29,016 bases of DNA. Origin: an uncultured Nitrososphaerales archaeon (GTDB lineage Archaea; Thermoproteota; Nitrososphaeria; Nitrososphaerales; Nitrososphaeraceae). The DNA is taken from assembly GCA_963709405.1 (NCBI GenBank), contig CAVPXM010000076.1, positions 1-29,016 on the forward strand, given 5' to 3'. The notes below the pieces were generated by a model, which was not told where the DNA came from, made no database searches, and saw only the letters and a program-made list of their open reading frames with translations. Positions 22,527 to 29,016 of this stretch are shown one piece after another; position 1 is the first letter of the stretch; each line of letters begins with the position of its first letter. The position numbers and the translations under genes were made by a program.

Positions 22527-22921
22527 ATGAAGAAGATTATTGCTGTTGTATTCCCTGATCTCGACGAAGTGATTAGAATAGAATTAGATGATTCCCTTGC
22601 ACCAAAGACCTTTAAGGCAATATTTGAGAATCTACCAATTGAAGTTAATATCAATAGATGGGGAGATGAGCTCTATACCGATCGAACTATGGTATCTGTA
22701 GGACCAGAAGACAACGCAAAGACAGAAGTTAATAAATTAGATGTTGCATATTGGCCTGAGGGCAAAGCATTATGTTTATTCTTCGGACCGACTCCTATCA
22801 GTAAGGACGAAAGGATATTGGCGTATCTCCTGTGAATATTTTAGGCAGAATTATAGATTCAGATAAAGACGAGATATTGAGTCAGATTAAAAATGGAGCA
22901 AAAGTAATCATTAAAGGATAA
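22527..22921 (+). pseudogene. Cyclophilin-like fold protein (TM1367/AF2241 type), frameshift near 22826
   Basis: APKT...LP...WGDELY and VAYWPEGKALCLFFGPTP motifs; shifted frame gives SPVNILGRI...VIIKG*. Confidence 0.85.
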
Positions 22922-23315
22922 AGTGTAGGCATACAAGAAAACATGATGCCCCATAAATGAATAATTATCAAAATTAATCATATTTCCTATTTCCATTTAC
23001 ATATCTCGGATATTTGCAACTAATATCTCGGAATGTAGAGCCAATTTACATCATCGAATTCATCCTTTTGGTAGGAGACTTGAACATGTCATTATTGCCA
23101 ATATTTTGATCTTCTCAATGACACCATAAAAGTCATATAGATAAATATCAATATTTCACTATTGAATTAACTATTACGTCCTAATTTGAATTCATTCTAA
23201 AATAATTGTGGTAATAGAGAAAATAAGTGTAACTAAGTGGTAATAATGATAACACCGTGGTAATAGCTCTTAACACCTTTAAGATTCACATTTACATATA
23301 TTAAATATAAAAACC

Positions 23316-23922
23316 ATGATAGGCCTAACAAGAAAAGAAAAAGAAAACCTAGTTTTAGATCTTTATTATAATCAAGGAAAGACTTATAGTGAAATATCCA
23401 AGGAAGCACGAATATCTCTGCGTGATATTGGACCTATTTTGAAAAAGTCCGGGATCAGACCAATCCTTGTCCGATTCCTCTTAGGCCTACCAACTATTTT
23501 CAGAGAACAAGTCTCTGCTACACGTGGCTATTAAATTAGGCCTAAAGGAACCTGAAGTGCATGAATTGTACAGACAATACTGGAAACTACAGCAACTCTA
23601 TACTCTTTGTAAAGTCTATGAAAATGTTAAAGACGATATCTGGTCATTTGTAGAGCTGTACAGATTAACCAAGGTTGTAGGTATGGATCATAAGCATGTC
23701 AAAAAACTTCTCGAAATTGCCAATAATGATTTGCCAATCGTACAGGCTAAGTACGAAGGATTACGAATAGAAGTAGATCTCTTGGAATCTGAGAAAGAGA
23801 GTCTTGAGAAACAAATATTTGATTTACATGCTACTTTGGTTCAATATCGTACATCTTACCGAGAGGCATTGTCTCAAATAGACACTCTGCATCAAGAAAG
23901 ATTTGGACTGAAAGAGTCTTGA
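23316..23922 (+). pseudogene. HTH plus coiled-coil hypothetical protein, frameshifted
   Basis: LYYNQGKTYSEISKEARISLRDIG HTH, second HTH-like VAIKLGLKEPEV..LYRQYWKL, C-terminal heptad-rich region. Confidence 0.6.
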
Positions 23923-24181
23923 AGGCAATTCGAGTATAGTAACAACTGTGTATCGACATTAAAGACTAGACAATGGAGTCGCCGGTTCATGAGCAATTAA
24001 AGAAATATTATCATGAAATATCATGATATATGGGAGAAAATAGTCCATTATTCTAAACAGTCACCTGATGAATATCTATTCATGTGTTCATTTAAATCAT
24101 AGCGACACAAGGTCAATATTTTCCCGGGTATTTTTTGTGAAATCATGGTCTGCTCCTTGTAGCGGATCCCGTAACATTTTG

Positions 24182-24201
24182 ATTTAATTATATAATTAAA
24201 T
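24182..24201. repeat. Perfect 20-bp AT-only palindrome ATTTAATTAT|ATAATTAAAT
   Basis: Self-complementary; TTTTGATTT (24177-24185) is also complementary to AAATCAAAA (24212-24220). Confidence 0.8.
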
Positions 24202-25062
24202 TTATAGCTGAAAATCAAAAATTGTACTATACATACAAATAACTAATGAATTCCTTTTCGTAGCAGATTAAAGAAAAATAGTTCTTATAAATGCTAACTA
24301 TGATGGCGCAAATATCGACACTCCCATATCGCGGCGACTAACTAAATAGGTGCGGCAATTTTGTCCATGAACTATACCAAATCCTATATAAACACAAACT
24401 TTACCGAGTGCTATATCAGTGTCATTTTTAAATGGTAACAATACATAAGGGAAATTGGGACAACGAATCCCAGCGCATCAGAGTTGTGCTGCTATAGATA
24501 TTGAATGTGATCCAAAGACTGCTGAGATATATCTTAGATTTGAAGCCTATATTCAAGAATATATGAGGAGAAGAGGTAAACCCTGAATTCAATTATGACC
24601 AAGAATCAAAACTCAAATTTCACCTACTAATTAATTAAATAGGCATAATCAGAGATTATATCATTCTTGATACGTTAGATTTTGTGAGTAACTTAAATGC
24701 ATAAAGCTGCTATCACGAAGGATATAACACATAAAATCATCTCAACTATACATAAAAGTACGCCATCAAAAATTGCAACAGGTCTAAAGAATATTAGATA
24801 TGCAGCAAATGGTTCGCCGGATCATAAGAGCAACCAAAATGCGTCGATTAAAGGAAATATGTCAGCTACCTCCAAATTGCAGTAATAAATATAGAAATAG
24901 AAAACAGATTACCGAAGGTTATTTCATTATACATTCTCACTTAACGGACGAGTTGAAATAGGAATTGGAACTAACGATACTTCTATCAAACTTGAGACTG
25001 ATGAAGATGAGGCTATTCCTTTTTCTTTCTTTGGACAGGTTAGAGATAGACTGATTTATTAT

Positions 25063-25450
25063 ATGAATGATATACATGAAAGGGAGGTTCCACAACTAAC
25101 AGACTGGATGCTTAAGGGATGTGATCTTAACAAAGATGTAGAAATAGATGAAAAAGACTCAACTATATCTACCTGATATTCAGTTAAAATTTGCCGATCA
25201 GGTATTCCGAATGTATGTTAAAGCTCTACATGGAAGGGCCGTGTGCAGGGGAGAGAAATCATTAACGTTAAATCTCCCTCTAGTCGAGGCTATAGATAGC
25301 ATAACGTTACCTATGATGGCAATTAATGAATTAAAAGGTGATGTCAGAGAATTAAACCGTAAATTTGATTCGGCTGTTTCAAAGAAGTGTGTGTTACGTA
25401 CCTGATCTTCAGTTAGACAATATGCGCTTTTATGAGCGGATCATTATATA
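25063..25450 (+). pseudogene. Duplicate of the 15184-15570 hypothetical ORF (extra frameshifts)
   Basis: Near-identical reverse complement of 15184-15570. Confidence 0.6.
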
Positions 25451-25735
25451 GATATATTACTATATAACAAAAATGAGATAGTTATACTATTTGGAAAGTG
25501 ATCATAATTTATTCTTGGTAATCTATGGACAGATTCAGAAAAAAATTTGATTTGTCTACTCTAAATCTGACCACTTTTCAATATTAATAATTTGTAATAT
25601 TAAATGACTATTGGATAGTAAAGGGATTAAACATGACTATTATTTTAATTGCGAAATAAGGTTTGCTCTAGCAATATTATATGTCTGCTCATTATTATCT
25701 ACACCTATCCTCTTCTCCAGAGCTTGAGTGCAGAC

Positions 25736-26486
25736 CTATCTTATATACAACAATCGACTCAAGCCGAAAACTGATTTCTCGCAAGATAATGTTTCAAAAT
25801 TGATGCCCAAATCCTTCGCATACTTGTACAATCCTTTTATTTCTGTGCTTATGTCTCCGTTTTGACAAAAAGAGCATCTCATATTGCAACTTGTGAAGAA
25901 TATTGTCCCTGATCCCATATTTCCTCTAAAAACAAGTTCCTCACCACGGTGATGAAAGTAGTTGCTTACTTTAGAAGTGGACTCTCACTGACAGGTTCCA
26001 TGTTTCTTTGTTTCTCCAGACTTCAGCTGTCTGAATAGACCGATCAACTTGACAATTCCAACGACAGAAGTTGCAATGTGCCAGCATCCGGTTGACAAGC
26101 TCTACATTCAAATCCATAAGAGAGGTTTTCTGGAAGGCTAGGTCGGATATTATGTCGACCTCTCCTGACCTTACTGCTTTCCATGTCTCCAAGAATGTTT
26201 CTATTAGATTTCTATGTTCTTCCCAAAGCTCTTCCTCACTTGCAAGTTTTAAATCTGTAATATTACACACCATGGATTTTGAAATTAGGTACTTGGCAGG
26301 CATGCGATTTAGCGATACCGCAAAGTACCATGGCAGTAGACTATTGCGACTGCGACTGTCTTTAAGTTGTTTCCATATGTCTAATGATTCAAATTTTCTA
26401 AACTCTTTATTTTGAGTCTGAAGGGGAGATGTCACTGTGACTATACACAACCCTTGGGCATAATAATTTTGTCGGTGACAGTTCAC
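25736..26486 (-). pseudogene. Duplicate of the radical SAM gene with a 670-bp internal deletion
   Basis: Same protein sequence; GDIST is joined directly to EIKG. Confidence 0.8.
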
Positions 26487-27663
26487 AAAGGATCGATGTT
26501 ATCAGAATTTCAGAATCTGTCAACTTACAGTCAGGGGTAACAGTATAGTACACAGGATAGCGACCCTGCGATATCACCATAGTCTTCATCTCCAACAAGG
26601 ATACGGTTTTTTACTATCGGTGATGGAGGATAAGGAGGAAATGATCTGATGAATATGAAATAACATCATTCAAGGACTATTTCGAACATCATAATGAACA
26701 ATATGTTCGTATTATTCGTTGACAATCTATACTAATTCGTAATTCGAAAACTGAATTCGAAATTATGCTACAAACTAATGTGGCAGCGCTATATGGCTTC
26801 TACAAAGCCTGATTCGTTAGCATTAGCATCTTATTTGACTTTTACAGAATTTAGATAACTACATTTTACTACACTAGAAAATGGGACTGTGGAAATAGGA
26901 CTCAGGCACACAAACTTCTATCAGAATCGATATGGTGGGATAGTTACTTCAGAATCAAACATTTCAATCGTAATACGAGGAATTATCTCCTCAGGAATAT
27001 GTGGGAACTTGTCTAGATTGATGAATGTCCTACCAAACACAAATCTATATCTGGTTCATACGCAATCCATAACCAACAATCCTTGCCATCTATCTGAACC
27101 AGTGTTTAGTATCTATACACTTTAGATATTAATGCCATAATTAGAATCAATTCGTATTGCTATAAATATATCTACAGAGTTATAGGAAATCTGAGAATTC
27201 CTTTTCAAACAGCGGCAATCCCACATGCCCCTTTTTTGAACTATATACCGAGGCTATCATTAACATGATATGGAATTCTCATTCCCAATTTTTCTATCGG
27301 AATTTATGGCGGATGCCTACTGACAAACTAACGTTAGTCGTTAATGCTGAACGAGCCAATTGTCCTATAAACATACCATGGAAACATTGTAGGTGTAGCT
27401 TGCTATTGGAAGTGGTTTGAGATGCTTCTTTTAATGGGATATAAGGCATAGTACAACAAATTATTTCAGAGGTAAGAAACAAACAAACAGGATAAGGAAT
27501 AGGATATAGGAGATATACAAAAATTATGAAGTGAAATGAGAGTCTAGGCTATAAAAAGTCTAGAAAATACTGCAAAAAGAATTGGAATAGGATCTGTTTG
27601 TTAGTTGATCAGATCCTCTATTTTTGTTGACCGTCTTTGAAGTAGAAATTTTTGTTATTTCCA

Positions 27664-27822
27664 CTATTCTTGAAGAGAGACTTGTACTGGCGTTGGGAAC
27701 ATATCAAATACAGGCGATCTCTTTTGTGCAGAGCTCTACAAGTTCTCTTATTTTTTCCTTTGGTGCATCAGATTTGACTTTGAATGTAACTTTGATTTTC
27801 TCGTATCCATTTCTAACATTCT
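27664..27822 (-). pseudogene. Duplicate 3' fragment of the OsmC-like gene
   Basis: Reverse complement of 9965-10128. Confidence 0.75.
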
Positions 27823-28031
27823 GGGTCCAACATACAAAAGGGTTGAAAGGAAGAAGATATGCTGAAATTGATTCGTTTCAGTCGGCTCAATTTCAATCTT
27901 TTCCAAGATACCTCTTTCGATATGAGAAAATAAGTCAGTTTTTTTTATCTCATTCAGTTCAAACAGCAACTATTTTAATTTAGATGAGTCGGATTTTCCG
28001 CAACAAAGATTATAATTGGTTTGCCTCCCTT

Positions 28032-28830
28032 CTAGTCTAAGAGAGTAGCTTGTGTAGTTTTCTTTTGTGACATGTCACTTGTCAAGCTCTCATCTCCCTT
28101 TTGAGAAAGATCTGATAGTACCAATGGAATCACTGTAACATGTCTTTTATCCTCGAGTTTAACAAAGTTTTCCAAGTATTTGTATTTACAATATGTCAAG
28201 CCAGCGATTCTATTGTCGTTATAAGCCTCTTCAATAGTTAATGCCTGCCTCAATGAGGCACTTTGCTACATCATTTATCAAAGAAATCCAGACAACATAC
28301 CCTGCCTGTTTTAGCATTTTTGGCTTATGTTTCCGATTATCCTACCAAAATATTTCGTTGATATTTTTTTGACTTTGATGACTTTTTTGCATTTGAGTTT
28401 GATGCTGTTGCTGTTGTTGTTGTAATAGTAGATGGTGCTCCTTGTCCTTGATACTTTACTTGATCCTGCTGCAATGTCAGTTGTTTTAGTTGAGGAGTAT
28501 AATAATATGGCTCAATTGTTCCATCATACCACTTAAGTTTAACGAAAAGTTCAGATGACCGACTGCCTGGTGGACTACAAAAGCATCTGATCAAGTGCAC
28601 CTTCCTTGGCAAGTCTCTCCATTGATTTTAGCAATCCCATCATTGATTCATCATCTGAATAGATTACCAGATGATGTTTTCTTGGAACCTGTGATTGCTG
28701 ATCTTTTGACCATTTGTCTACTGCATCCTTTGCTCTTGAATTATAGAACACCTCTTTGATTTTTCCATTTCTCCTAACTGTGCATGAACTTCTACATCAA
28801 ATCCTCTCCGTATTTGGGTATTTGTGTCAC
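28032..28830 (-). pseudogene. Error-rich duplicate of the RHH/MEDS-like regulator
   Basis: Shared peptides KLKWYDGTIEPYYYTP and RQALTIEEAYNDNRIAGLTYC; many indels. Confidence 0.8.
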
Positions 28831-29016
28831 AGAACTATTAGATAAATTCATACTTATATATGCTATCACGATATCATCCATGAATATTAAGAAAAGCCTA
28901 TCAGAAATTGATTTCCGAAGACTATTACAAATGTGAAGTCAATTTAAATGTGGCATGATCTTTGATAGAGATTGTGAAGTTTTTTATATTCGTTAATTGG
29001 TGGCTCTTGAAAATAT

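Larger units (their letters stand above)
24412..29016. repeat. Right arm of the inverted duplication: reverse complement of 16222->8281 with internal deletions; runs off the window end
   Basis: Junctions skip left-arm 14855-14880, 14099-14768, 12073-13282, 10946-11870 and 9448-9964; error density rises after about 27980. Confidence 0.95.

Noticed and set aside
21147-24411. CRISPR array near the Cas3 fragment
   Set aside because: No regularly spaced 24-40-bp repeats found; the only repeats are 9-mers with 20-29-bp spacing
24412-29016. MDA chimera or paralogous second gene cluster as the explanation for the inverted arm
   Set aside because: Motif-biased differences suggest native modified DNA; one-sided deletions and a rising error rate fit a single read better than amplification or divergence of functional paralogues (not fully excluded)

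Overview
AT-rich archaeal DNA. The protein families (PsbP-like secreted protein, MEDS-like sensor, archaeal IS6/IS5/IS481 types, poly-Q linkers, TATA-box leaderless promoters) point to a soil ammonia-oxidising archaeon (Nitrososphaeraceae); this is an inference. The window is an accessory, decaying region. It contains zf-TFIIB and TerC genes, a cluster of IS elements (two with intact ends), SDR, OsmC-like and PflX-like radical SAM genes, a P-loop kinase, an adh-aldh-patatin cluster, an orphan Cas3 helicase fragment, and cyclophilin-like and HTH genes. Most genes carry frameshifts or internal stops. Two structures stand out. (1) A ribbon-helix-helix/MEDS-like regulator whose own promoter and the neighbouring OsmC-like promoter carry tandem 8-bp palindromic boxes (TGATATCA-TGATATC), a candidate undescribed regulon. 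(2) The last 4.6 kb (24412-end) is a reverse-complement copy of 8281-16222 with several internal deletions and errors concentrated at AGCT motifs. It is most likely a fold-back long-read artefact, and it incidentally hints at AGCT methylation. No rRNA, tRNA or CRISPR array was found.
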